From the NCBI GenBank assembly GCA_048938385.1, contig JBHLMG010000024.1, positions 1-36,090 of the forward strand: a stretch of DNA of 36,090 nt. Reading direction: 5' to 3'. Below the pieces are notes generated by a model that was not told where the DNA came from, did not search any database, and was given only the letters and a program-made list of their open reading frames with translations. Below, piece after piece: positions 17,156-26,073 of this stretch. This DNA is from Promethearchaeota archaeon (GTDB lineage Archaea > Asgardarchaeota > Hermodarchaeia > Hermodarchaeales > Hermodarchaeaceae). The translations under genes and the position numbers were made by a program. Every line of letters begins with the position of its first letter. The first letter of the stretch is position 1.

Positions 17156-18370
17156 TCAAGTTATAGGTCTCAAGTGGCTGTAAATCGTTTTAACAATTTC
17201 CCACCCTCCCTGAAGGGCTTGATCTCGGGTGGCAGCAATATGATTTACAGTGCAAACAGGATCTCCTCGGTCTGCAATGCTACCAGGGACAGGGATGTCA
17301 ACTACACCAGGAATATTTCGAAGGTCTGGAACTGCTGAGAGTTTTTGGGCATACACAATTATTCGTGCACACACAGCTTGGGGTTTGGGTATTTCTGTAG
17401 GTAAGGAATCGTTACATGCATTGATGTGAAGAGTTATGATGTTTGTATTAGTGACTAATTCGATTGCTTCGATTGTCGCTTGGATACGAGGGTTAATTTC
17501 CATGAAGTATGGCGTCCCTTCAGAATCTATAACGAAATCAATACCATTACTTCCCCGGAGGTTCAGATGTTCAGAAATGCCTTGGGAAACAGCATCTAAG
17601 TAGGATAAAGTGTCAGGGTTTGCTTGAAGGGGAATGATGTTACCACAATAAGCCTTAGTTCTTCCTTTACCCAACTCAGGGAGACCAATAAGTTGTTCGT
17701 TCACTGATAGGGTTACTGCTTTTTTTCCGGTAGAAATGACAGAGACACTTGCATCAGTTCCTTTGATGAGTTGTTGCACTAAGATCGGATCATTCGCTGA
17801 AAAGCGATGGTGATTCGCATAATGGTCAATATCGTCATTTGAATGGAATACACGGGAGTGGAAACCCCCACTTCCGTATTGGGGTTTGACGAGGAAGGGT
17901 ATATCTAAGTGATTTACAGCAGATTCGAATTGTTTCTGATTTATAGCTGTATAAGTTATGGGTACAGCGGCTCCGTAACGAAGTGCGATTTCACGGGTTA
18001 AGTGTCGGTTTCGTGCTCGTTCTAGGCCTTCAACGGAATTTCCTGTAAGGGTTCCGAGCTCAGTTAGTTTAGCCCAAGAATCTGGGTGATCATCGAACCC
18101 TCCGCTAGCTACGATGTAATCCACGGGAGCGTGTTCATCTAAGAGTTTCTGAACTGCTGAAACTAAAGCTTCAGCTGTGGGTATCACGGGGCGGTTGGGT
18201 CGGTGATCTGGTTGTTGGTCTAACACAGCTATGGTTACATCGGCCCATTGATCTAAATCAATGTCACCCCAAAAATCCACAGCAATGACATGATAACCTG
18301 CTTTCTTAGCTGACCGGGCAAGGGGACGCACATTGAAACCTACGACCAGAATTGATAGCATCATGTCCAC
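17156..18370 (-). CDS. ATP-grasp domain carboligase (COG2232-like)
   Basis: R.LA.SA..AG, D.WGD.DL, VKP..GSGG, QQLIKG..ASVS, YCGN, G.NGIDF, EINPR.Q. Confidence 0.85.
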   Translation of the reverse strand: MDMMLSILVVGFNVRPLARSAKKAGYHVIAVDFWGDIDLDQWADVTIAVLDQQPDHRPNRPVIPTAEALVSAVQKLLDEHAPVDYIVASGGFDDHPDSWAKLTELGTLTGNSVEGLERARNRHLTREIALRYGAAVPITYTAINQKQFESAVNHLDIPFLVKPQYGSGGFHSRVFHSNDDIDHYANHHRFSANDPILVQQLIKGTDASVSVISTGKKAVTLSVNEQLIGLPELGKGRTKAYCGNIIPLQANPDTLSYLDAVSQGISEHLNLRGSNGIDFVIDSEGTPYFMEINPRIQATIEAIELVTNTNIITLHINACNDSLPTEIPKPQAVCARIIVYAQKLSAVPDLRNIPGVVDIPVPGSIADRGDPVCTVNHIAATRDQALQGGWEIVKTIYSHLRPIT

Positions 18371-18590
18371 ACAAGAGTCACTTGGCGGTCCTCATTGTAG
18401 AGTATTCCACTTTAGAAACCTTTCCTCTAAGAGATGTATATCGATGACAAATCATTACAGATCAATCAATTGAATGAAAAATTCGCTCCTATGGTAAACA
18501 GATTAGCACTATTATCGCTGCTAGATAGGTTCCTTTATTCTGTGCGAAGATTTTTATTGTCTCTGATGCCATTGCCGGAAGAGAGGAGTT

Positions 18591-19517
18591 ATGGTGTCAT
18601 TAAAAGTTAAGAACCTAATCAGTATCGCTGACTTGAGTACCGAAGAGATTGTGGCAATTCTTGACCGTGCTGATAAAATGGAGGCTGTAATCAATAGTTC
18701 CAAGCCTTCGACAATCTTGGCTGGTCGTATACTCGCTACCCTTTTTTATGAGCCATCTACTCGCACACGACTAAGTTTTGAATCGGCAATGGCGCGTCTT
18801 GGTGGTTCCAGCATTTCTGTTGCTGATATTGGAGCCTCATCCGTGGCAAAAGGGGAATCCCTCGCTGATACCATCCGTACTATTGAAAATTATGCTGATA
18901 TTATCGTTCTTAGGCACCCACAAGAGGGCTCAGCTCAATGGGCTGCAGAAGTCTCTAAAGTTCCAGTCATCAATGCAGGAGATGGCGCAGGACGCCACCC
19001 CACACAGACACTTCTCGATTTGTCCACTATTCGCCGGAGTCAAGGGCGCTTAGATAAACTCAACATCGCTATGCTCGGTGACCTTCGTTTTGGACGCACA
19101 GTCCATTCATTATCCTATGCAATAACACGCTTCACCGACCGCCTCTTTTGCATCGCCCCTGACATATTAAAACTCCCTGAAGAAATTGCCATGGATCTTC
19201 GGGAGCAGGGGAAGCAGATTATCGAAACCGATGATCTTCAAGGAATTTTACCCGAACTCGATGTATTGTATGTAACACGCATCCAAAAAGAAAGGTTCCC
19301 AACTCCTGCTGATTATGAAAAAGTTCGAGGGATCTATCGCATTGATAGAGCATTACTAAAGAAGGTTAAACCAACGCTGGATATCTTACACCCTCTTCCA
19401 CGAGTTGATGAAATTGCACCAGAGGTTGATGAAACTCCTCACGCTCGATACTTCACCCAAATGTTTCAAGGTATTTTAGTTCGCATGGCTATCCTTTCCA
19501 TGCTGTTGGAGGCATAA
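18591..19517 (+). CDS. pyrB: aspartate carbamoyltransferase catalytic subunit
   Basis: FYEPSTRTR.SF, KGESL.DT, NAGDG..HPTQ, GDL..GRTVHSL, TRIQKER, HPLPR. Confidence 0.97.
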   Translation: MVSLKVKNLISIADLSTEEIVAILDRADKMEAVINSSKPSTILAGRILATLFYEPSTRTRLSFESAMARLGGSSISVADIGASSVAKGESLADTIRTIENYADIIVLRHPQEGSAQWAAEVSKVPVINAGDGAGRHPTQTLLDLSTIRRSQGRLDKLNIAMLGDLRFGRTVHSLSYAITRFTDRLFCIAPDILKLPEEIAMDLREQGKQIIETDDLQGILPELDVLYVTRIQKERFPTPADYEKVRGIYRIDRALLKKVKPTLDILHPLPRVDEIAPEVDETPHARYFTQMFQGILVRMAILSMLLEA

Positions 19518-20026
19518 TGACCATGACCCCAAGATCGACTAAACCTGAACCGAGACATGATGAAATGCGAATTCAGAAAATCCGTGCAGGGACCGTGATT
19601 GACCATATTACTGCTGGTTATGCATTAGCAGTCATGCAAATCTTAGGAATCACAGGAAGGGAAGGTGATGTTATTAGCATTGGTATGAATGTCCAAAGCA
19701 AACGTTTGAAGAAAAAAGACATCATCAAAATTGAGGGTCGTGAAATCACTCTCGAAGAAATCAACCGGATTGCCATGATTGCTCCTCAGGCTACTATTAA
19801 CATTATTCGGGACTACAAAATCCACCAAAAAACTCGGATATCTATACCTGATGAAATAATGGGGATTGTGCGATGCCAAAACCCAAGTTGTATCACTAAT
19901 AATGAACGTGGGATAAAAAGCAACTTCAAGGTAGTCAACCGATTGCCTGTAACCCTTCGATGTGATTATTGTAAGCGCATCACTGACCATGAGAATATCG
20001 TTGAGCAACTCCTTGGAGAAGGATAA
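19517..20026 (+). CDS. pyrI: aspartate carbamoyltransferase regulatory subunit
   Basis: GTVIDHI, KDIIKIE, C.NPSCITN and C.YC zinc site. Directly after pyrB. Confidence 0.96.
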   Translation: MTMTPRSTKPEPRHDEMRIQKIRAGTVIDHITAGYALAVMQILGITGREGDVISIGMNVQSKRLKKKDIIKIEGREITLEEINRIAMIAPQATINIIRDYKIHQKTRISIPDEIMGIVRCQNPSCITNNERGIKSNFKVVNRLPVTLRCDYCKRITDHENIVEQLLGEG

Positions 20027-20058
20027 CAACACAGTACTTGAAGAAGGTGGGTCTCACC

Positions 20059-21453
20059 ATGGCTTCCCTATTTGGAAAAGCATTCATAAAAACGCTACAA
20101 GAACGAACAGAAGAGCATCAAACCCGATTGATACACGCCCTTGACCTAGCGAATACGCTATCCCCTGATGCCCCAGAAACAACTCGACAGAATCTAATAG
20201 AGCGTGCTTGTCACTTAGCTAAAGCCATATCTCCTCATGTTGTAGCAATCAAAATTAATTATCCCTTAGTTCTTGCAGCCGGCTTAGAAATCGCTCATCA
20301 CCTAAAAACGATTGAGCCGACACTGCCCCTCATTGCTGATTTTAAAGTCGCGGACATTGACAACACAAACGCATGGATTGCTCGTCACACTTTCAGCGCA
20401 GGCTTTGACGCCATTATCGTCCAAGGATTCATTGGGGATGATGCAATCCAAGGAGTGCTTCAGGAGGCGAAAACCTACAATGACCGAGGAGTTATTCTTG
20501 TGGTTGACATGAGTCACCCTGGAGCAAGTCAATTCATTCATCCCCATACACCACAACTAGTGAAACTGGCCATACGCCTGAAAGTTACTGGCGTAATCGC
20601 ACCCGGTACACGACCACCACATGTTCAGCAAATTCGATCGATGCTTGGTCCTGATCCCCTAATATTGGCTCCTGGTGTTGGGGCTCAAGGAGGGAAACCT
20701 GGTTCCGCAATTGCTGCGGGTGCAAATTATGAAATTATTGGGCGGTCAATCTATACAGCTAAAGATCCAACAGCAAAGACTAAGCATTTTGCGAAGCAAA
20801 CCTATGAGGTAACTCTACCCTCACTAACGCAAGAATCGATTCAAGCAACTTTTGTTCACGAAGTAGCCCTCCTACTTGACGATGTCAAAGCAATCAAATT
20901 CGGATCTTTTACGCTAGCTTCAGGAAGAACTAGCCCCTATTACATAGATCTACGGGTTATCCCCTCTTATCCTGAAGCGTTCAACAACCTAATTGATCTT
21001 TTTGTTCGTTGGCTCACTATGCAATCCCAGGTCACCTTTGACCGCATCGCTGGAGTTCCAACTGCAGGTATTTCCCTTGCAACCGCTCTTAGTACACGGC
21101 TACAGGTCCCAACCCTTTATGTCCGGAGTAAACCTAAAGAACACGGGCGGCAGCAGCGAGTGGAGGGAGTTTTGGAATCTGGGGATAGGGTCCTGGTTGT
21201 TGATGACCTGATTACTGATGGTGGGAGTAAACTTGAGGCAGTGCAAGCTCTTCGCGAAGCGAAAGCAAAAGTCAAGGATGTTCTTGTCGTAGTTGATCGG
21301 GAAGAAGGTGGAGCTATGCAGTTAGCGAAAGAAAAGCTTCAGTTACATGCGCTGGTGACAGTGAGTCAAATAGTAATAGCATTACAAAAGGAAAACCGAA
21401 TCGCCTCAGCGAAGGCAAAAGAGATCCTTACCTATATTAAACGGCAATTTTAA
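20059..21453 (+). CDS. pyrF: bifunctional OMP decarboxylase / orotate phosphoribosyltransferase (PyrF-PyrE fusion)
   Basis: N-terminal DFKVADIDNT, MSHPG, PGVGAQGG, IIGRSIY. C-terminal FG.FTLASG..SPYYID.R, KEHG, VVDDLITDGGS, DRE.GG. Single frame with no internal stop. Confidence 0.95.
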   Translation: MASLFGKAFIKTLQERTEEHQTRLIHALDLANTLSPDAPETTRQNLIERACHLAKAISPHVVAIKINYPLVLAAGLEIAHHLKTIEPTLPLIADFKVADIDNTNAWIARHTFSAGFDAIIVQGFIGDDAIQGVLQEAKTYNDRGVILVVDMSHPGASQFIHPHTPQLVKLAIRLKVTGVIAPGTRPPHVQQIRSMLGPDPLILAPGVGAQGGKPGSAIAAGANYEIIGRSIYTAKDPTAKTKHFAKQTYEVTLPSLTQESIQATFVHEVALLLDDVKAIKFGSFTLASGRTSPYYIDLRVIPSYPEAFNNLIDLFVRWLTMQSQVTFDRIAGVPTAGISLATALSTRLQVPTLYVRSKPKEHGRQQRVEGVLESGDRVLVVDDLITDGGSKLEAVQALREAKAKVKDVLVVVDREEGGAMQLAKEKLQLHALVTVSQIVIALQKENRIASAKAKEILTYIKRQF

Positions 21454-21467
21454 TCATTAATTGGTTC

Positions 21468-22160
21468 CTACCAAGACTCGGGTCGTTGCAAATGCTGGCC
21501 CCACCAGATCATTGCAATCAGACCCAAGACACCAAGTAAAAGCGCTAGGGGATAGTGAAGAATATCGAAAGGCGCCAAAGCGATGGCAGGTGCCCATAAT
21601 TCAAACACAATTCTACCGAAATTCCCAACAACGACCAAACATACTGTCAACACTCCAACCTTCATTGTATCTGGGTAAGGGGGCTGTTTATGGTTGGTTA
21701 ACCAAAGAAGAAGGAGTGCTGGGATTAAAACGATAAGTCCTGCACAGGCATTGTCTATCTCGCCACCTATAATCTGTCCACTTCCTGCTTCCTGAACAAA
21801 AAGAAGAATTTGGACTCCTCCAAAATGAGGAGTAGAAGTCTGAGTGAACGGAATAGCCAGAACCTGTAGGACTGTTGCAACGGATTGTGCATAGACTAAT
21901 TGGATTGGCCAAAAATCGACCCATATCACTAGAATCGCCGATATTAGAATAGCTACTATGAAGCGGAAATTTGTGTTCACTTGAAAAGCTCGCGACGCTT
22001 GTAACATGATAATTATTCCGATCAAAAGTAAGAGAAGCGGTATTGCGACTCCAAAATCCCCAAAGATTGAGTACATTAACCCTCCTGCAACAACTAGTAT
22101 CAACCCAACGAGACTTCGCAGCAATCCACCATACTCAGCAAGGAAATACGGGAGACTCAA
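21468..22160 (-). CDS. archaeosortase/exosortase family transpeptidase
   Basis: Multi-TM protein with the Cys-Arg-His pattern: I..ACAG (Cys), GN..RI (Arg), FD.LH (His). Confidence 0.8.
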   Translation of the reverse strand: MSLPYFLAEYGGLLRSLVGLILVVAGGLMYSIFGDFGVAIPLLLLLIGIIIMLQASRAFQVNTNFRFIVAILISAILVIWVDFWPIQLVYAQSVATVLQVLAIPFTQTSTPHFGGVQILLFVQEAGSGQIIGGEIDNACAGLIVLIPALLLLWLTNHKQPPYPDTMKVGVLTVCLVVVGNFGRIVFELWAPAIALAPFDILHYPLALLLGVLGLIAMIWWGQHLQRPESW

Positions 22161-22188
22161 TGATCACTAACCCCGCAAGCACACAAAT

Positions 22189-23058
22189 CTAGTGTGGACA
22201 GACCTCTGTATTATTAGGGCGTTGCCGTTTTCCTGTAACATCTCGTGTCCACCGACCAAAATCTGAACCTTCAAGGGTTTGGGCTTCAAAGACTGGTCCC
22301 TCATGGCAAACACGCCTGCCCTGGTCGTCAATGATACAATGACCACAGATCCCAACGCCACATTTCATGTACCGTTCTAAACTAAACTGTAAGGCAATTG
22401 GGAGTGGTTTCATAAGTTGATACAAACTAACTAACATGCCCTCTGGTCCACAAGCAAAACAAGCCGCATAATTTGATCCTCTCTCCAATAGAGTTGACAC
22501 GGCATCGACAGAAGTTCCCTTTTGACCAGCGGATCCATCATCTGTAGTGACGATGAATTTTCGTAGATTGAGTTTTTTGAATGCATCATGAAAAAGGAGT
22601 TCGTTTTCAGTGGATGCGCCTAAGACGCTGTCGACAGTGAATCCTTGTTTGATAGTTTCTACTGCGGCGAAATACACAGGAGGTGAACCGCATCCTCCAG
22701 CAACTAATAACAAAGGTTTCTTCTTGGTGTTCGATGGAAACTGAAATCCCTGACCTAGTGGACCACGCAGTCCTAACAAGTCTCCAGCTTTTAACTCATG
22801 CAATCTAGTTGTGGCTTCTCCTACCTTCGCTGCAGTGAATTCTACTTGATCACCAATTGTGTTTGATATGCTCATTGGGATCTCATCTATTCCTGGAATC
22901 CAGACCATCAGGAATTGTCCGGGAGTCGCGTTTTTTGCTATTTCTGGTGCTTTGAGAACGAAGCTTTTGGAGTTAGGTGTTTGTTGAAGGATGTGAACTA
23001 TTGGTGTAACGATGGGGCGCAACGATGGTGAAGTTTTGTATGAATTTTTTAGGGTCAT
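22189..23058 (-). CDS. pyrK: dihydroorotate dehydrogenase electron transfer subunit
   Basis: PGQF.MVW, P.SIS, RGPLG.GF, AGG.G, TDDGS.G, CGP, ERYMKCGVGICGHC...C..GP. Confidence 0.95.
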   Translation of the reverse strand: MTLKNSYKTSPSLRPIVTPIVHILQQTPNSKSFVLKAPEIAKNATPGQFLMVWIPGIDEIPMSISNTIGDQVEFTAAKVGEATTRLHELKAGDLLGLRGPLGQGFQFPSNTKKKPLLLVAGGCGSPPVYFAAVETIKQGFTVDSVLGASTENELLFHDAFKKLNLRKFIVTTDDGSAGQKGTSVDAVSTLLERGSNYAACFACGPEGMLVSLYQLMKPLPIALQFSLERYMKCGVGICGHCIIDDQGRRVCHEGPVFEAQTLEGSDFGRWTRDVTGKRQRPNNTEVCPH

Positions 23059-24383
23059 TCTTGATCACGATTAAAGATTGGGGATCCTCGTAAGAGGGTT
23101 TGTTTGATTTGCCCTTGAACCTTCCATCCCTCAAAGGGTGTCAGAGTGGATTTACTGTGTAGGGAATCACCTCGAATAGTATTGGAGGATTTTGGATCGA
23201 AGAGGACTAAATCGGCATCGGCTCCTACGACAAGCTGCCCCTTTTCAATCCATTGCGAGTTGCGTATCCCAAACCGATAAGCTGGGTTATATCCCATCAA
23301 TTTCACTAATTGTGGCAGAGTCATCTCGGCTTGATGAACTAATTTTGTGTATAAAAGAGGGAAGGATGTTTCAACGCCAATGATTCCGCCGGGGGCTGAA
23401 GCAAAATCAGCGCTAGCTCCTGTTTTTTCTGCAGTTGTATGGGGTGCATGGTCTGAAGCAATGATATTAATTTGTCCTGCGAAGCAGGCGTTTAATAATG
23501 CTTCAGCGTCTTTAACCGAACGAAGAGGCGGATAGCATTTTGCTACTGGACCTAGTTTTGCAAGGTCCTTAACAGTTAGGAGGAGATGGTGTGGTGTGAC
23601 TTCGCTCGATACATTCACACCACGGTGCTGTGCTGAAAGGACATGTCTGAAACCCGCTGCTGTTGAAAGATGGCATATGTGTAGACTACATGAAGGCGGT
23701 TTAGCTAGGAGTGTTTGAAGTGCTTTTATTTCAGCTTCTGGCGGTCGACTAGCAAGAAAAGCGAAAGAGGAACCATCTGTGGGTTCAAAAAGCGTAGCTG
23801 GATCCTCTGCGTGAATTGTTAACAAATGCCCCAACGGGGCTAAATACTGTATGGCCGGGCTTTCATGATGAGGAATATAGATTTTAAATGAAATAATTCC
23901 CAAATCCAACATTTGCTTAGCCATATCCACGAGGGCGAGTTCCATGCTTTCGAAGCTCGTTTCCTGGTTCTTTTCACCTTCTTGTTTGTAGTAAGGTCCA
24001 GCATGAAAGGAAAAATCCACTAGGCATTTTTCTTCTGCTCGTTTGATCTTCTGCATTAACCGTTGTGGTGTTGTCGTTGGCGGGTCTGTGTTAGGCATGT
24101 CTGCAATAGTGGTGATGCCGCCAGCTGCAGCTGCTAAGGAACCTGAGGCGAAGTCTTCTTTTTCTGGGTGACCTGGATCTCGGAAATGTACATGCACATC
24201 AACGAGGCCGGGAAGCACAAGGAGGCCAGAGGCGTTAATAACTTCAGTAGCTTGTTCTGTTGCCGATACTCCTGGTTTGAGAATGGCGGTGATGAGTCCA
24301 TCATTGATGATGATATCACCAGTCTCGATACGATCTGATAGCACGAGACGCCCATTCATTATTTTGAGATCATGGGTTCTCAT
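23055..24383 (-). CDS. pyrC: dihydroorotase (amidohydrolase superfamily)
   Basis: D.HVHFRDPG, GG.TT..DMPN, FKIY, HAED, HICH.S, EVTPHHL, ASDHAPH. Lies between pyrD and pyrK. Confidence 0.88.
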   Translation of the reverse strand: MRTHDLKIMNGRLVLSDRIETGDIIINDGLITAILKPGVSATEQATEVINASGLLVLPGLVDVHVHFRDPGHPEKEDFASGSLAAAAGGITTIADMPNTDPPTTTPQRLMQKIKRAEEKCLVDFSFHAGPYYKQEGEKNQETSFESMELALVDMAKQMLDLGIISFKIYIPHHESPAIQYLAPLGHLLTIHAEDPATLFEPTDGSSFAFLASRPPEAEIKALQTLLAKPPSCSLHICHLSTAAGFRHVLSAQHRGVNVSSEVTPHHLLLTVKDLAKLGPVAKCYPPLRSVKDAEALLNACFAGQINIIASDHAPHTTAEKTGASADFASAPGGIIGVETSFPLLYTKLVHQAEMTLPQLVKLMGYNPAYRFGIRNSQWIEKGQLVVGADADLVLFDPKSSNTIRGDSLHSKSTLTPFEGWKVQGQIKQTLLRGSPIFNRDQE

Positions 24384-24385
24384 AG

Positions 24386-25351
24386 CTAGTAGTCCACTCC
24401 CGAATCATGAATCTGGCCTACTAAATCCTCCACTTGATCAATTTCTTGATGTTTTAAATATCTGATGAGTTGCTGACAAATTTTGTCAAAAATCGTAGTT
24501 CCATGGGTCAAAACTCCTGTGCCAATTTCAACAGCAGTTGCCCCTGCAAGCAGATACTCAATAACATCAGAACCAGATAAGATGCCACCTACTCCAATTA
24601 TTGGAATTGAGATCTCTGCCCGATGAAGTTCCCAAACCGCACGAACGGCAATCGGCTTAATGGCGGGGCCACTCAAACCGCCAATACCTGCTCCAAGCAT
24701 AGGGTGGCGAGAGATAGGATCAATCGCAAGGGCGGGAAGAGTGTTGAGAGCCACGACTGCTGAAGCTCCCGCAGATTCAGCTGATCGAGCAACCTCAATC
24801 AGACGGGGGTAATCCGTTGATCCGGGAAGTTTCACCCAAATGGGGACCTTCTGGTTGATTCGTTTTTGAACTGCTGTTACCACATCGAAGACACTTTGAG
24901 GGTCAAGCCCCATGAGGTAGAGTGACCCTACATGTGGACAGGATACATTCAATTCGATAGCCTTCACGCCGGCTTTGACATAAGCTTCAGCAACAGCAGC
25001 AAATTCTTCAGGTGAACTTCCTACAGCGCTACCGATTACAACTACTCCGTTATCGAGAACGATCTGAACCTCAGAAAGATACTCAACAATCCCAGGATTA
25101 GGAATTCCCATAGCATTTATGAGGCTATTTTCATAGACGCCCACGATTCGTGGACCTGGATGGCCTGCTCGGGGTTCCATTCCTGTTGTTTTAGTGACTA
25201 CTGCGCCTGCGCCATCTTGCCAAGCTCGAATAAGCCCTCCTGCTGCAACCCCAAGCACTCCTGAAGCTAAAATAGTTGGGTTTGATAATCTAATCGAACC
25301 AATCATCACGCTTAATCGTGGATCCTCCTTCTTGAGTGTGTGCGGGGCCAC
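24386..25351 (-). CDS. pyrD: dihydroorotate dehydrogenase (family 1B) catalytic subunit
   Basis: ASG, KT, NAMG..NPG, ELNVSCPH, VKL, NT, GGLSG..IKP, GVGGI. Confidence 0.95.
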   Translation of the reverse strand: MAPHTLKKEDPRLSVMIGSIRLSNPTILASGVLGVAAGGLIRAWQDGAGAVVTKTTGMEPRAGHPGPRIVGVYENSLINAMGIPNPGIVEYLSEVQIVLDNGVVVIGSAVGSSPEEFAAVAEAYVKAGVKAIELNVSCPHVGSLYLMGLDPQSVFDVVTAVQKRINQKVPIWVKLPGSTDYPRLIEVARSAESAGASAVVALNTLPALAIDPISRHPMLGAGIGGLSGPAIKPIAVRAVWELHRAEISIPIIGVGGILSGSDVIEYLLAGATAVEIGTGVLTHGTTIFDKICQQLIRYLKHQEIDQVEDLVGQIHDSGVDY

Positions 25352-25438
25352 TATGCTTGCATCTCCTTTCAGCTACCTTGTCTTCCTCAATATAAGTCTC
25401 TACTGTTTAAAAGAAGTAGATGCTATGTAATAGGACGC

Positions 25439-25954
25439 TTAATAACGAAATTGAAGCCCCAATAACAATGTTGGTGTGCGTTGCACCCGATCTTCCGTCA
25501 CATTGGCACGTAGCTCTATTGTATTGATAATATCATAGCCTCGTCGAACGAAGAATCGTAAAGCATCGACATTTCTTGGGACTACTGATAGGTATAGGTT
25601 GGACTGTCCAGCTGTCTTAATGTGTTCTTCGGCGCTTCGAAGGAGGGCAGTTCCCACGCCTCGAATTCGCCAGGAAGAAGTTACCCCTAGCTCTCGAAGA
25701 AAATACGCTCCTTCATGGAGTTCAACGCGACAAAACCCAATAATGTCTCCGTTCTCTGTGGGTTCTGCAACTAGAATTTGTGAGGTTTCTTTTAGCATGT
25801 CACGGGGAATCAAGGTAGCGGCTTCATCAGGTGGAAGAGGTCCCCGACCATTTAATTCTCGATGGTATGAGAAGAACTCTGCAACTAGGTGACATAGGGC
25901 GGGAAAATCCTTCACATGGTACTCACGAATTTTCACAGCGGGGCTACGGCTCAT
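25439..25954 (-). CDS. GNAT family N-acetyltransferase
   Basis: V...WRIRGVGT.LL acetyl-CoA motif A and N..AL.FF.R.GY. Confidence 0.85.
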   Translation of the reverse strand: MSRSPAVKIREYHVKDFPALCHLVAEFFSYHRELNGRGPLPPDEAATLIPRDMLKETSQILVAEPTENGDIIGFCRVELHEGAYFLRELGVTSSWRIRGVGTALLRSAEEHIKTAGQSNLYLSVVPRNVDALRFFVRRGYDIINTIELRANVTEDRVQRTPTLLLGLQFRY

Positions 25955-26007
25955 ATAAACTCCCTCACAATCAAAATTACCAAATAAAGTTGAAAAGCCT
26001 TGTGTGA

Positions 26008-26050
26008 AATAAATAGAGGGGAGGGGTAACACACCCCGAAGTGCTACCCC
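26008..26050 (-). terminator. hairpin + U-rich terminator of the PadR/HAAS operon
   Basis: Minus strand reads GGGGTAGCAC-ttcggggt-GTGTTACCCC-TCCCCTCT-ATTTATTT. Confidence 0.6.
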
Positions 26051-26073
26051 CCCGGAGGGTTTGATGCGACAGT

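Noticed and set aside
23055-24383. Allantoinase or dihydropyrimidinase assignment
   Set aside because: Same superfamily, but the position between pyrD and pyrK favours dihydroorotase.
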